Shown in pieces: positions 11,901 to 21,994 of a stretch of 64,000 nt of DNA. The stretch's first letter is position 1, and every line of letters begins with the position of its first letter. The notes beneath the pieces were generated by a model that was not told the DNA's origin, searched no databases, and was given only the letters and a program-made list of their open reading frames with translations. Location of the stretch: positions 1 to 64,000 of IMG/VR virus record IMGVR_UViG_3300027759_000074; one strand, 5' to 3'. Position numbers and translations under genes: made by a program. The stretch is from a virus.

Positions 11901-14600
11901 CAATACGCTAAAAAAGAACAACCCCGTAATGCAGAGCTTCATGCAATATTAAGAGCTTCCGGTTCAGACTTTAAAAAAGAAGATCCTAGCTTATTCCAAT
12001 CATTCCGTGATAAACCTAAAGAAACAGCTAAGCAATATTATGACGATGCTAAGACAGGTGCATCTGGCTTCTTACGTAACTTTGAAACTAACTGGTTCTC
12101 AGCTGATGCTGCACTACAACGCGGTATACGTTCTGCTATGGAAGGAAGCAAAGAAACTTGGGATGCGGTTCGTCAAGCTATGTACCAAACAAGTACTTCT
12201 CAAGCCTTACACAATGAAGGCGTAGCACATACATTCCTCGAGATGGGTAATATTAAATATAATCCTGAAACATACAAGTGGGAAGTTAAAAAGGGCGATA
12301 CTAGCTGGGTAGATATTACTAAAGAAATTAAGAATTTAGCTGAACAAAAAGGTGTATCTTATTCTGAAATGGAAACTTATGCTCATCGATATTTAGAAGC
12401 TAAGCGTCTACAAGGTTTAATTAAACAAAACGAAACAATGGATACCCGTGCTAGACAAATGTTATCCGAAGGTAAATCTAAAGCTGATGTATCTAAATTC
12501 CTGTTTGACAATAAAGTTAAAATACACATGTCGCCTGAGCAGATTGCTGCGGCATTAAAATTCAAAGATAAGATTAAAGGTCTTGAAAAGGTAGAAGAAA
12601 AATGGCATAAAGTTCGTGCCGAAGTATTAAAGTTTGCAGAAGATACAGGCCTGTATACAAAAGACGAAGCTAAAAAGTTATTAGAAGTGATGGACTACGT
12701 TCCGTTCTATCGTATTGAGCAACTAGAGAACCAAGCTGGACCTCGAGAATATAGTCGTGGTTTACTTGATGCAGCCCGAGATAAAAAACTACATGGTAGT
12801 GGACAAGAAGTTAACAACGTATTTGACAATATGGAGCGTTGGATTTCTTATACTATTCGTAGGGGCGTTAATAATAAGTCAGCTCAGAATCTAGCAGAAG
12901 TTGCTACTAAATATTTACCTGAAGGTGAAGTTAAACTTGTAGATGAAGTAGGACGCGGTATGGAAAACAATACCGTAGGTATATGGAAAGGTGGACGTCG
13001 TTATCTATACGAGTTTAGTGATCCTCTCTTTGTAAAAGCATTTACAGGCATTGAATCATTAGCTATCCCTGCAATGAAAGGCTTCGCTAAATTTACAAAT
13101 GCCTTACGTCAAAACATTGTATTAAATCCGTTGTTCTCAATAGGTCAGCTATCTCAAGACGCGTTTGGCGCCATGTTTACATCAGGTGTTAAGAGCCCTT
13201 TTGCTATTCCTTTAGAAGTTATGAAAGAGTTTTATAAGACTTTACGTGGTACAAGTGCCGCTCACGAAGCATTAAGATCAGTAGGCGCAGTAGGTGTTAA
13301 AGACTATTCTGCAGAAGCAAGTAGACTACAGGCTGAAATTTCAGCAGGACTTCGTAGCCCAACACTATTACAAAAAATTAAATCTCCATTAGAGAAATTC
13401 TCTATGGCATCAGACAACGCTGTACGTCAAGCTATCTTTAATAGAACCCTAAAAGAAACAGGCGATAAAGCTAAAGCAATTGAACGAGCATTTGAAGTCA
13501 TTAACTTCCGTCGTGCTGGTGCATCTAAAGAAGCTACATTTATGAGACAGACTGTTCCGTTCTTTGGAGCTTACTTACAATCTATGAACGTAGCAGCTAA
13601 AGTAATTTCTGGTCGTGGTATTGCTCCTGAACAAAAAGCTGAAGCTCATCGAGTGCTAGCAAGTACAGCAGCTAAGGTTGCAGCCTTATCATTAATTTAT
13701 AATATTATGGTAAGTGACGATGATACTTATAAGCAAACTGATCCTTCAATCCGTGACCGTAAACTATATATTCCAGGCACAGGTATGAGCTTACCATTAC
13801 GTCCTGATATATTTACATTAACAACTAAGATTTTACCTGAGCATATTTATCAAATGACTATGGCTGAAGCTACAGAAGATAAAACTAAAGCCATGAAAGC
13901 TCTAAAGAACGGATTATCTAATGCACTATTAGGCCCTAACGTATTGCCTCAAGCAATCAAACCTATCCTAGAAGTGTCAACTAACCATGACTTCTTTACT
14001 GATCGAGCTATCGTAGGTCAAGGTTTAGAGCAATTAGAAACTTACAAACAATACACTAACAATACTTCTGAATTAGCTAAAGCATTAGGCAATTTCGGCA
14101 TGTCTCCAATGAAGATAGATCATTTATTAAAGGCTTACTTTGGGTATACAGGCGGTTTAGCTTTAATGACTACAGATGCTTTAATCAATGCAGGGTCAGA
14201 TATTCCTAAACCTGATAAATCAATCCGAGATAATATTGCGTCAGTTCCTGGCATGTCAGCATTTGTAGCTAAAGAGCGCGGTACTAAACTTATGAATGAC
14301 TTCTATGAGCTTCGTGATGAAGTATCTACAGCAGTAAATACATTTAATAAACTGAAAAAAGAAGGTACGCCAGAAGAACGTCAAGAATATAGAGAGAAAA
14401 ACCAAGAGTTACTTCGCGTTAAATCCGCGGTTAACAATATGAATAACCAATTAACTAAGATTAGAGAAGCTGAGAAAAGAATTTACAATAACCGTTCAAT
14501 GTCCGGTGAAGAAAAAAGAATTAAACTTGAAGAGATCCGTCAACGCCAAGAAAGAATATTAGCTAACGTAGAGAAACTAAGATTACGCGCAGGGTTCTAA
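8961..14600 (+). CDS. Large polyvalent ejection protein with zincin-like metallopeptidase and LPD38-like C-terminal domain
   Basis: 1879 aa; LLHEMGVHYG...AEEVLA; C-terminal LPQAIKPILE..NHDFF..SPMKIDHLLKAYFG. Confidence 0.65.
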   Translation: MPIVNVPGVGQVNFPDDMSHNEIVGAIESDVIPQYQQHLEKTGFVPALKAAGRSALGATELALGEAFNSDKLRQLAEEQKQKAAQTFEPTTEADIAAAQGILPTAGAYASKYVTEPLGGIAGRFGAPIAAGMAAPFIAPEALGGLATGAIATALTDLPAEIGENVERQKEQGKEVDLLSATTTGLAQAALAGFGVPGTGALNKVLGPQLLREAEILAPKVLKGQLTREQAIAGLTGKAESYARSVGVNAITGTGLMVGTEELRRAQAGQEGMTPGELGETALTAGLLAPIFGGLHPVGRGAAEAKIGEAAGKRQTKLDAIEAKNQAREEAFFRIEQEKLTEQLAQEEAAKKAQEDFDAANAPNKFGNFAPEGSKLAKSIADAVNLPEQESIKQATKARDTAFEDLPKNIASLAKRPELPSIDNVTRIDDNFTKAIGTAPNAGFLKNIKNLELNAENAPKIQQEIENYNGTSKTVLNNLKQFSNRLEDIKNGNDARVNERRASENLSIFGQPEPGVTAGNEAFNRLRDYGAPVDVSAARARKESIYAPIEAATKPTTPNLLTTLRKYGGINLSDLRELKGETRKVEKRGYYNVFNQRAKSLMEHIESGRLDDYLPYQDRMNTAAERGETFDAKPAYDFLAEKIKNEETVYHFEDAQRMAEARNELRSRQEEPSDINQRLAEEAAVEKGMGVKYAKEETRPEWVTPDVWRKYDAAREAEAFAKKHDLGAYRDMAERANKNLDEAIKRDHPTEKPLEFKDKLKDAYGDRLKLAKGLEALTKETIGSIKQALKDRFGKNVERAIERKDLNLIESKDVPAGIDAEAVAYFDKGKVYLIADRLSKEDAGAKLLHEMGVHYGLEGMIGKDIYRDVLRTVNRLNKMDKIATAAHDYVNARYPELKPGSAAHAEEVLARIGETAPNHTLWRRIVAAVKNFLIKKGLYDPNKLSVKDLQDMINSSLHRALREEKKPVALEMREPLLERTVQYAKKEQPRNAELHAILRASGSDFKKEDPSLFQSFRDKPKETAKQYYDDAKTGASGFLRNFETNWFSADAALQRGIRSAMEGSKETWDAVRQAMYQTSTSQALHNEGVAHTFLEMGNIKYNPETYKWEVKKGDTSWVDITKEIKNLAEQKGVSYSEMETYAHRYLEAKRLQGLIKQNETMDTRARQMLSEGKSKADVSKFLFDNKVKIHMSPEQIAAALKFKDKIKGLEKVEEKWHKVRAEVLKFAEDTGLYTKDEAKKLLEVMDYVPFYRIEQLENQAGPREYSRGLLDAARDKKLHGSGQEVNNVFDNMERWISYTIRRGVNNKSAQNLAEVATKYLPEGEVKLVDEVGRGMENNTVGIWKGGRRYLYEFSDPLFVKAFTGIESLAIPAMKGFAKFTNALRQNIVLNPLFSIGQLSQDAFGAMFTSGVKSPFAIPLEVMKEFYKTLRGTSAAHEALRSVGAVGVKDYSAEASRLQAEISAGLRSPTLLQKIKSPLEKFSMASDNAVRQAIFNRTLKETGDKAKAIERAFEVINFRRAGASKEATFMRQTVPFFGAYLQSMNVAAKVISGRGIAPEQKAEAHRVLASTAAKVAALSLIYNIMVSDDDTYKQTDPSIRDRKLYIPGTGMSLPLRPDIFTLTTKILPEHIYQMTMAEATEDKTKAMKALKNGLSNALLGPNVLPQAIKPILEVSTNHDFFTDRAIVGQGLEQLETYKQYTNNTSELAKALGNFGMSPMKIDHLLKAYFGYTGGLALMTTDALINAGSDIPKPDKSIRDNIASVPGMSAFVAKERGTKLMNDFYELRDEVSTAVNTFNKLKKEGTPEERQEYREKNQELLRVKSAVNNMNNQLTKIREAEKRIYNNRSMSGEEKRIKLEEIRQRQERILANVEKLRLRAGF

Positions 14601-14812
14601 CCTATCCTCCAAGCCCTAACTCCTAGGCAACCATCTTTCGTAGTAACATAAACTTTAACTCTTACTCGTGCTCGCTTAGCGCCGGACTCAATGGCATAGA
14701 TAAGAGGCGAGGGCTTCAATGTTGGTATAAAAAAACTCTCGCCTAATTCCATTACTTCAAACGGAAAGATCCATTCGGGTTCATCATGCAGGTTCAGATA
14801 CAACTCCTCCAA
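14597..14812 (-). CDS. Hypothetical protein
   Basis: FPFEVMELGESFFIP...GVRAWR; overlaps the primase stop. Confidence 0.6.
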   Translation of the reverse strand: MEELYLNLHDEPEWIFPFEVMELGESFFIPTLKPSPLIYAIESGAKRARVRVKVYVTTKDGCLGVRAWRIG

Positions 14813-17624
14813 TAATATCTTTTGGGATTGAGTTAAGATTTAACTTATAGACTCTTGTTGCTGACTTACCAATATCTCTCCAGCCTGCGTTCATACGCTT
14901 TCTAATATCTCGTCCTGCATCGATCTCAATGTTAGATAACTTCATTTGATATAAGAACTCTTTAGAACTAACTGACATTTCATTAAGATACTTTTCAAAC
15001 TCTGTCTTAGATATATACATTGCATTACCTTCTACTTCAACGCGGATAACTAAAGCTGATCTAGGTTCCATCACTGCCTTCCCATCTTTCATAATAAGAA
15101 TACCTGTTTGGTTCTTATTGATATAGTCTGACAATACTGACTCATAGTCGACTGCGTTAACCTTGACCACGTTATCTCGAATAGCAATCATTTCTCCTAC
15201 TATGCGTCGATAGACCCGATCCAAGTCAAAATTAGTAATGCCCGCGTTATTCGTAATTTCACCCGCAGTCATCGTAGCAGAGACTAAGTTCTCGTAGAAT
15301 CGATAAGCCGTATCCCGACCAAAGTCTTCATTAAACTTAATACCCCACTTAGTAATCATGTCTTGTAGAGCATGTTCACCTACCTTGTAGACTTCTTGAA
15401 TAAACATAGGGCCTGCCCAACCATAATTAAATCTAAACTTGTCAAATATCTCACGACCAAGTGAAGCGTCGTCTTTAAATGCGTCAGGTTTACGTACAGA
15501 TAACTCAATTAAACGCGCTACCTCACCATTAGGATCTTTCTTTAACCCTGTTAGCTTGTCGTATAATGAGTGATTGGATGTAAACATAGCAATCATCGAA
15601 GCTGACATCTCATGATCTCGTTCCGCATTGACTGATGCTTGCATACGGATTTTAGATTTACCCTGTGAGATTTTATGGATAAGCTGTGATAAGTCTTTAG
15701 GTAGGATATTGCCAACTTCGTCCAAACCAAATGGAAGATTATGTAATCCCAAATATCGACCTGTCATACCATTAGCCGTAGCTTCGAGTACTGATAAATC
15801 TTTAGGGTTACCCCATACAGATAAAGCTGAATATAAAGCTCCAGTCTTAGCTGCACCTGATTCCCCTGTTAAACAAATTGTCACGCCGGAGGTTGATGTA
15901 TAATCCATGAGAACTGAGCCGAACCCAGCTAACATAGTAAAAGCATGAAGTTCTAGACTTGGCAGATTAAGTTTATTAGCTGCCACTTTCCATTCTTCGT
16001 ACGTACCATGTTTGGATAAATGTTTTGCGATGCCTCGGCAAAGAGGAGACGTAGGAGAAGGTTTTGTTTTCCCGTCCCTAGTAATTTCATCTTCACCGAT
16101 AACAAAGGATTCTCTGTTTGGAGTCCACCCCATCTGCATCCTCATTACGTCTGCAGCGCCTTTGTTCATTAGGTATTGACCCCATTTAATAATATATTGC
16201 AATAGATGCCCCACTTCCTTATTTCCTGGACTAAATAATATGCCATTACTTGCTATGATCTCTTTAAACTTTTCTACTGCATATACATGCTTCAATGGCA
16301 ATAGGAACTTTCTTTCGGGATCATTAGGTAATAGCGCCTTCATTTCTAAACACTCTCCGTCAGCGATACTAAAAATACGTCTAACTGGATATATGTCATA
16401 TAGAGATACTGTGATTGGGATACTTCGTGTAACTTCCCCATGCTCATTTGTTTCTTGTTGCATATAATAAATACCGCCATTTTTACCATATACATAAGGT
16501 GAAAGTTCTTCAGGTAAAGATTTTAACATAGATACTACAGTGCCTGTTTTAGCGTCGAACTGATGTACAACAGGGTTATCTGATGCGGGAGTTATATTAA
16601 ATACTTTACCTAATGCTAACGGATTTGTAATTTTGCCTCGATGCGGACAGCCTTCGCAGCCACCAGGATTGACTGAGTTAAATGTCTCGCATGAATGAGG
16701 CATGTTTTGTGTAGCTTGAGCTTTTCTCTCTGCTGCGTTCTTATCATAACCCGGATGACCTTCTGATATTGCTCGAATAGCGTCTTCTCTATCATTACAA
16801 TGTTGGGCTATGGATAACCCTGAATACCAAATAGGCTCCGTTAAAGTTGCTACATTTTCTAGAATATATTTAAGTTGATTACATCCTTTACCATCTAAAC
16901 TCTCAACGGCAATCTTCTGAAAGTTAGACTCGAAGTTATCGAGCTTAAGCATTTTCTTTTGATCTTCTGATAAACCTTTAGGTACTGATTGTAGTATAGA
17001 CTCTAATGACTGGGTAATTTCACCTAAGAAATCTTTAAACTCATCAAAGGTGTACACAGGTAATTCGTCATGTCTATAGATAAAGGTTCTACTTGGAGGG
17101 TCTGATTTATGATTGAACGTATCAGGACTACGTAGAATACGAGCCGCGTCTGCTGTCACTACTGGATCAATCTTTAAGCCATGACTAATACAGAAGTCTT
17201 TAAACTTCTCTGCATAAGGTTTCCATTCAGTCGTATCGATGTCTCGGTCAAAGAACCAATAGGCATGGATGCCCCCACCTGAATCTACTATTACAGGATC
17301 AGGTAATTCTGACTCTAATACAAACTTATCTAAATCATCTAATGCTTCTTTTTTAGATTGGTAATCTTTAGTTTCACCTACATCTAGATCTATAAAGAAT
17401 GACCTAGCATAAATAGCTTCATCTGCCTTACGGCTATAGCCCTTAAATGAGCTCATAGCTACAAATATGTTCGTCTTGTCGTCTCGTTTTGTTTCAATTG
17501 TTTCTGCTAAATCATCAATGGACTCTACGAATTTGTGTCTAGTCCTCTTGGTTATTGGGTCTATATCTGCTATACAATAAACCCCTTTAGTAGGCAATGC
17601 TTTCGTATAAAATTCTCTTATCAT
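14784..17624 (-). CDS. AEP-type primase / DUF927 helicase
   Basis: FFIDLD, SGGGIHAYW, Cys cluster, Walker A GESGAAKT, Walker B FGLDE. Confidence 0.8.
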   Translation of the reverse strand: MIREFYTKALPTKGVYCIADIDPITKRTRHKFVESIDDLAETIETKRDDKTNIFVAMSSFKGYSRKADEAIYARSFFIDLDVGETKDYQSKKEALDDLDKFVLESELPDPVIVDSGGGIHAYWFFDRDIDTTEWKPYAEKFKDFCISHGLKIDPVVTADAARILRSPDTFNHKSDPPSRTFIYRHDELPVYTFDEFKDFLGEITQSLESILQSVPKGLSEDQKKMLKLDNFESNFQKIAVESLDGKGCNQLKYILENVATLTEPIWYSGLSIAQHCNDREDAIRAISEGHPGYDKNAAERKAQATQNMPHSCETFNSVNPGGCEGCPHRGKITNPLALGKVFNITPASDNPVVHQFDAKTGTVVSMLKSLPEELSPYVYGKNGGIYYMQQETNEHGEVTRSIPITVSLYDIYPVRRIFSIADGECLEMKALLPNDPERKFLLPLKHVYAVEKFKEIIASNGILFSPGNKEVGHLLQYIIKWGQYLMNKGAADVMRMQMGWTPNRESFVIGEDEITRDGKTKPSPTSPLCRGIAKHLSKHGTYEEWKVAANKLNLPSLELHAFTMLAGFGSVLMDYTSTSGVTICLTGESGAAKTGALYSALSVWGNPKDLSVLEATANGMTGRYLGLHNLPFGLDEVGNILPKDLSQLIHKISQGKSKIRMQASVNAERDHEMSASMIAMFTSNHSLYDKLTGLKKDPNGEVARLIELSVRKPDAFKDDASLGREIFDKFRFNYGWAGPMFIQEVYKVGEHALQDMITKWGIKFNEDFGRDTAYRFYENLVSATMTAGEITNNAGITNFDLDRVYRRIVGEMIAIRDNVVKVNAVDYESVLSDYINKNQTGILIMKDGKAVMEPRSALVIRVEVEGNAMYISKTEFEKYLNEMSVSSKEFLYQMKLSNIEIDAGRDIRKRMNAGWRDIGKSATRVYKLNLNSIPKDIIGGVVSEPA

Positions 17625-17701
17625 TTTGCTTTCCTAAATTTTTAGTCAAAGTTATCCCGCTGCATCAATATGCATTTTTTTCGATCTCTTTCGGGATACT
17701 G

Positions 17702-17944
17702 TTATTGTACTACTTTTTTCTCTAATTCTTTAATCAGTATCTTTATTTTCTCTAAATTCCTATTTCGTATAGCGCCGCCTCTAAACCATGTATAAACTGT
17801 CAGTCTAGATACATTACATTTTTCGGCAACTTCAATAGGGGGTACGTCCGCCTTAACACATAACTTGGCTAGTTTAACCCCTATCAAATTGTCGTTAAGC
17901 TTGTTTAATTCAAGCCTAAATTTCTCGCTATACATTATTGCCAT
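17702..17944 (-). CDS. XRE-family HTH regulator
   Basis: EVAEKCNVSRLTVYTWFRG. Confidence 0.7.
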   Translation of the reverse strand: MAIMYSEKFRLELNKLNDNLIGVKLAKLCVKADVPPIEVAEKCNVSRLTVYTWFRGGAIRNRNLEKIKILIKELEKKVVQ

Positions 17945-18837
17945 TACGTTTTAGTCGACCACTTTTTTACAATATCATTAACGCTACTTACAGGTTTAGG
18001 TTGAGCTTGTGTTGTTTCTCTCAATACCGGTTCTGTTGAGTCAACGTCACTCTTTTGTGCTTCGGCAGGTTGTGCCTGAGCTGGAGCGGCTGTTGCTTGA
18101 ACTGGTTGAGAAGGAGCTTCACCTTCTTCTGTTGATTGGAAAATGGTTAACTTAACTGCTTGTTCAGCAGCTTGACTCTTCGCTTGTCTTGCGATTACAT
18201 CCATATCACCTGGATCAACTGCGGCTGCAGGAGAGAATAGTACCTTGGGTGTAGGAGACTTAGTATCAAATTGCATCTTAGTAACGACGCGGCTAGCACT
18301 TACATTGTTGCTTGCTAACATTTGTACATAAGGTCTGAAACCCCACTTACCACTATCTTCTTTTTGCCAACATGATGTTGAAGGTAATACGAGTTGCATA
18401 ACATCGCCTGCAGGATCATTAGGTAATACAACGGCTAGACGCCATGATAGGCGGCATGATGAACCCGCACCACTTTTAACGCTTTGTGGGCATGCATCAC
18501 ATGATTTTGCTTGCGGTGTTTTAACATCAGCGTCAGGTACTCGAGAGTCGCTAGACCAGCATGAAGGGCTAACTTTCTCATTCTCTTTATATGATGTTGC
18601 ATAAAATGTTCTAGATGCGGCATGAGCCATCTTAACGATGATTACATTCATATGACGATCTTCGATGGCACTGACTTCTTTACCACCAACTATCTTACGA
18701 AAGACTCCACCACGAATTGATATACGCTTGGTCGCATTACCCAGTGCACCACCGGCAACGGCTAAGGTATCTTCATCTAACCCTGTCTGAATTAGGCTAG
18801 GACTGTTCTGCAATATTACTGATAATTCTGTATTCAT
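17944..18837 (-). CDS. Putative ssDNA-binding protein
   Basis: RISIRGGVF, PSCWS, CxxCP; low-complexity tail; replication module. Confidence 0.5.
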   Translation of the reverse strand: MNTELSVILQNSPSLIQTGLDEDTLAVAGGALGNATKRISIRGGVFRKIVGGKEVSAIEDRHMNVIIVKMAHAASRTFYATSYKENEKVSPSCWSSDSRVPDADVKTPQAKSCDACPQSVKSGAGSSCRLSWRLAVVLPNDPAGDVMQLVLPSTSCWQKEDSGKWGFRPYVQMLASNNVSASRVVTKMQFDTKSPTPKVLFSPAAAVDPGDMDVIARQAKSQAAEQAVKLTIFQSTEEGEAPSQPVQATAAPAQAQPAEAQKSDVDSTEPVLRETTQAQPKPVSSVNDIVKKWSTKT

Positions 18838-18854
18838 AACTGTATCTCCACTAA

Positions 18855-19262
18855 TTATTTACTGGTTGGTTTGCGTACTACAATGCCAAATTCTCGCATT
18901 GTGCTGATGCCGGGTGGCAGTCCTTCGTCTTCCTTACCATTAAAGAACTCTTTACAATTGCTTTGATGTAAGCGTTGTTGAAGTAACTCGATTGCGTTAT
19001 TCTCGATAACGTACTGCTTAAAGTTATTCCAATCGCTACATACAAAGTTCTCTTTAAGAGACTTAATGATAGTGCCATTCCCCGTACGTATACTATCAGC
19101 ATTTATATCATTGCAGGCACCTAACATCACCTGTTCTAACTGAAACATGTCCGCTTTTAACTGTGCGTCCTTTGCTTCGTATTCTCTTGCTATATTATCC
19201 CTTTCTGATCTTATAGTCAAATAAGTTTGTACTAATTCATCTAGTTGTGGTGCATCACTCAT
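18855..19262 (-). CDS. Conserved replication-module protein
   Basis: Coiled coil, SIRTGNGT, DW..F, LPPGI. Confidence 0.55.
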   Translation of the reverse strand: MSDAPQLDELVQTYLTIRSERDNIAREYEAKDAQLKADMFQLEQVMLGACNDINADSIRTGNGTIIKSLKENFVCSDWNNFKQYVIENNAIELLQQRLHQSNCKEFFNGKEDEGLPPGISTMREFGIVVRKPTSK

Positions 19263-19408
19263 TTCTTTCTCCTTAATTTATCTTTCTCTAATTGATCCAA
19301 CTCATATAGTACCTCAAATAATATAACTAGTATATAGCCAATCCAAAACCACATATTAGCATGGAAATTATATAAAAGGAACCCAGCCATAAAAGTATTT
19401 AATATCAC
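19259..19408 (-). CDS. Small membrane protein (49 aa, not in ORF track)
   Basis: GTG start overlaps the SNF2 stop and its TGA overlaps the next ATG; hydrophobic WFWIGYILVILF. Confidence 0.5.
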   Translation of the reverse strand: MILNTFMAGFLLYNFHANMWFWIGYILVILFEVLYELDQLEKDKLRRKK

Positions 19409-20970
19409 TCTCCAAGCTCCTCTCTATAAAGATCTACTAATTTAGTGTGCATATCTACCTTACCTTGTAGCATCTTATACATCTTCTTTTCTACGTCTGA
19501 TCCTTGTAGGTGTACTACAGTCATCTTATTCTTCTGTCCTACGCGATCCATACGGGCAACACATTGTAAGTAAGTTTCAACGCTCATCACAGGAGACCAG
19601 AAGACTACCGTGTTTGCTCTAGTTAACGTCACTCCGTGAGACGCAGCTTGAGGCTGTATGACTAAGACTCTTGGATCTTCATCTGTTTGGAACCTACCTA
19701 TAATACTGGCTCGCTTTGTCGCTGTAACATCCCCATTAATGATCTCATTTGTAACCCCCTCCCCATCTAAAAATCTTGCAACGACCTCGATGGTATGTCT
19801 ATAGGGTACGAATATTATCACCTTATGTTCTGTTTCGTCAATGACCTCTTTCAACTCTTTAAGACGCGGGCTAATATCAAACTCAATAACATCATGCTTG
19901 TCTGTATAGACAGCTCCGCCTGAAATCTGTAATAACTTATTAAGTCCTGCTGCAGCGTTGACTGCGGTCACTTGTGCTCCTGCTGCCTCGATCAACATCT
20001 GTTCTTTTAAAGCCTTGTAGTACTTCATAACTTGGGGAGTTAAAGGAACTTCGCGTGTCTGGTACATGACTTCGGGTAAATCAAGACAATCATTTTTAGC
20101 AAAGCGTATCGCAGGGTTTAGCGCTTTAAAGACCTCGTGCCTTGAGTTAGGCTTGGGTATCCATTTAAACTTAGTGACTTGGTGCATCACTAGATCTCGC
20201 CACGCCATAGCAAACTTCGGTATACGTTGTGGACAAACTAACTTAGCTAATCCATAAGCATCGATGGGCGATTGAGATGCCGGCGTTCCAGTGAGCATCC
20301 ATAAACGAGTTTCGGGTTTTAATATTTTAGCTAGCGTTTTCCACCTTGTTGTAGATGGGCTCTTATAAGCATTAGCTTCATCGACTACGATTAAATCAAA
20401 TCCGCCATTAGCGATGACGTCTCGTACTACCCCTACACCATCATAGTTAATAATGATAATCTCGTAATCCCCGTTAATAATCTTAGCTCTTTTTTCTGCT
20501 GTTCCGTGAGCTACGGCTGAGGTTCTATGCATGCACGTATTAAAGACATCGCCTTGCCAAGCTGAATACATAATTGACAAAGGACATATAATAAGAATGC
20601 GTTTGATCTCGCCTTGATTCATTAAATAATCCGCTGCCCATAGTACTGACGAGGTTTTCCCTGTACCAGCTTCGTTAAAACAAAAGGCTCGACGATTGAT
20701 TGAGAGGAATTCTGAGGTTATTCTTTGGTGATCGAAAGGTTTATACAGCCCAGGATAATGATAGTCCCGAGTGATAGGTGAAGGTAGATTGGTTCTGAAT
20801 GATACGATTTGGTTAAGCTTAGTCATCTCATGTAAGCCCCAATAGACCATTACGTCTGCTAGGTTACCATTCCATTCAATAACTTCTGACTTTTCAATTG
20901 CGTCCGTAATATGTGGGACGATGTGTTCAGGTACTGTAATTCTTACTGCGGTATTTTCTATAAGTTCCAT
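19405..20970 (-). CDS. SNF2-family helicase
   Basis: NEAGTGKT, VVDEA, LTGTP, ARMDRVGQ. Confidence 0.9.
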   Translation of the reverse strand: MELIENTAVRITVPEHIVPHITDAIEKSEVIEWNGNLADVMVYWGLHEMTKLNQIVSFRTNLPSPITRDYHYPGLYKPFDHQRITSEFLSINRRAFCFNEAGTGKTSSVLWAADYLMNQGEIKRILIICPLSIMYSAWQGDVFNTCMHRTSAVAHGTAEKRAKIINGDYEIIIINYDGVGVVRDVIANGGFDLIVVDEANAYKSPSTTRWKTLAKILKPETRLWMLTGTPASQSPIDAYGLAKLVCPQRIPKFAMAWRDLVMHQVTKFKWIPKPNSRHEVFKALNPAIRFAKNDCLDLPEVMYQTREVPLTPQVMKYYKALKEQMLIEAAGAQVTAVNAAAGLNKLLQISGGAVYTDKHDVIEFDISPRLKELKEVIDETEHKVIIFVPYRHTIEVVARFLDGEGVTNEIINGDVTATKRASIIGRFQTDEDPRVLVIQPQAASHGVTLTRANTVVFWSPVMSVETYLQCVARMDRVGQKNKMTVVHLQGSDVEKKMYKMLQGKVDMHTKLVDLYREELGE

Positions 20971-21014
20971 ACTATCCTTTTAACTAGGCATCCCCGATGC
21001 CTTTCTGTGTATTA

Positions 21015-21329
21015 CTATTTCTTCTTGCGTTCTCTACTACTAATCTCTGAAATTAGATTACCTTTCTTGTCTCTGTTAAACGATCTATTCTTGGCAGCGC
21101 TTTGTATGACTACGCCGTCTTTATTCGATCCTCCTTTATCTAGTGCTTTCTTGTGAGCTACGTCTTTACCTTCCCGTGCGTCAGCTTTACCATCTTTGTC
21201 TTTATCAGCCATCGTTTTATCTAGTAATCGACGAGCGCGTTGTCTTTCCATTCGGCGTTCATGTTCACCACGTTTCTTTTCTAGTTCATATTCATGATTA
21301 TAAGGTCTCTTACCTTTTGCGTATGCCAT
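21015..21329 (-). CDS. HNH-like small basic protein
   Basis: GKDVAHKKALDKGGSN...NRS. Confidence 0.55.
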   Translation of the reverse strand: MAYAKGKRPYNHEYELEKKRGEHERRMERQRARRLLDKTMADKDKDGKADAREGKDVAHKKALDKGGSNKDGVVIQSAAKNRSFNRDKKGNLISEISSRERKKK

Positions 21330-21337
21330 ATTTTCTC

Positions 21338-21994
21338 CTAAGATTTATTATATTCACAGCTCTTAACAGGGCAATATCTACAGAGCGGTGTTGGGTTAGC
21401 TTGCCATGTGTTATTATCATACGACATATCTAATCTTGCAAGCGATTGTCCAAAGTCATTCCAATACTTATCTATCTTATCTCTTGTATACTCTTCTGTA
21501 ATAAAGCTATTGTGCATCACAAAGAGAAGTCCAGCTTTGATCTTATTAATATTTGGAAAGTGGGCAAAGGTCATTAGCGCCATAAGTTTAAGTTGCTTAG
21601 AGTCCGGATACTTATTTGAACCAGTCTTATAGTCAACAATAAAAGCATAGTCATCATCAACAATAAGTAAATCCACAATACCACGAACCCATCTATTAGG
21701 GTCATCAAAAGCACACGGGGTTTTATCTCTCCCCAAAGCCATTTCATACTCTGGATATTTATCCCCAGGGATCGCAATAAGTTCATCGACTACTCCTTTA
21801 AATCTTAAATAGTTTAATGCTAATTCTTTACCATCTTTTACATAGTCTTCTAATGCTTTATGTACTTCTGTTCCATAGATCATTTTTTCACTAGGAATAA
21901 CTTGATAGCTTTGTGCTACCCTAATTTCATAGTACTTTCTAGGGCACTTAAGATACTCACTTAAAGCTGAATAAGACCATGTGTATTGAGCCAT
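21338..21994 (-). CDS. PD-(D/E)XK Cas4-like exonuclease
   Basis: WSYS..CPR, GIVDL, VDYKTG, QL, CRYCP..C. Confidence 0.85.
   Translation of the reverse strand: MAQYTWSYSALSEYLKCPRKYYEIRVAQSYQVIPSEKMIYGTEVHKALEDYVKDGKELALNYLRFKGVVDELIAIPGDKYPEYEMALGRDKTPCAFDDPNRWVRGIVDLLIVDDDYAFIVDYKTGSNKYPDSKQLKLMALMTFAHFPNINKIKAGLLFVMHNSFITEEYTRDKIDKYWNDFGQSLARLDMSYDNNTWQANPTPLCRYCPVKSCEYNKS

Noticed and set aside
20986-21003. Hairpin AGGCATC..GATGCCT upstream of the SNF2 gene as a terminator
   Set aside because: No U-tract on the transcribed (minus) strand; function cannot be supported
21338-21994. Cas4 as part of a CRISPR system
   Set aside because: Stand-alone Cas4-like nucleases are routine in phage replication modules; no cas1/cas2 or array
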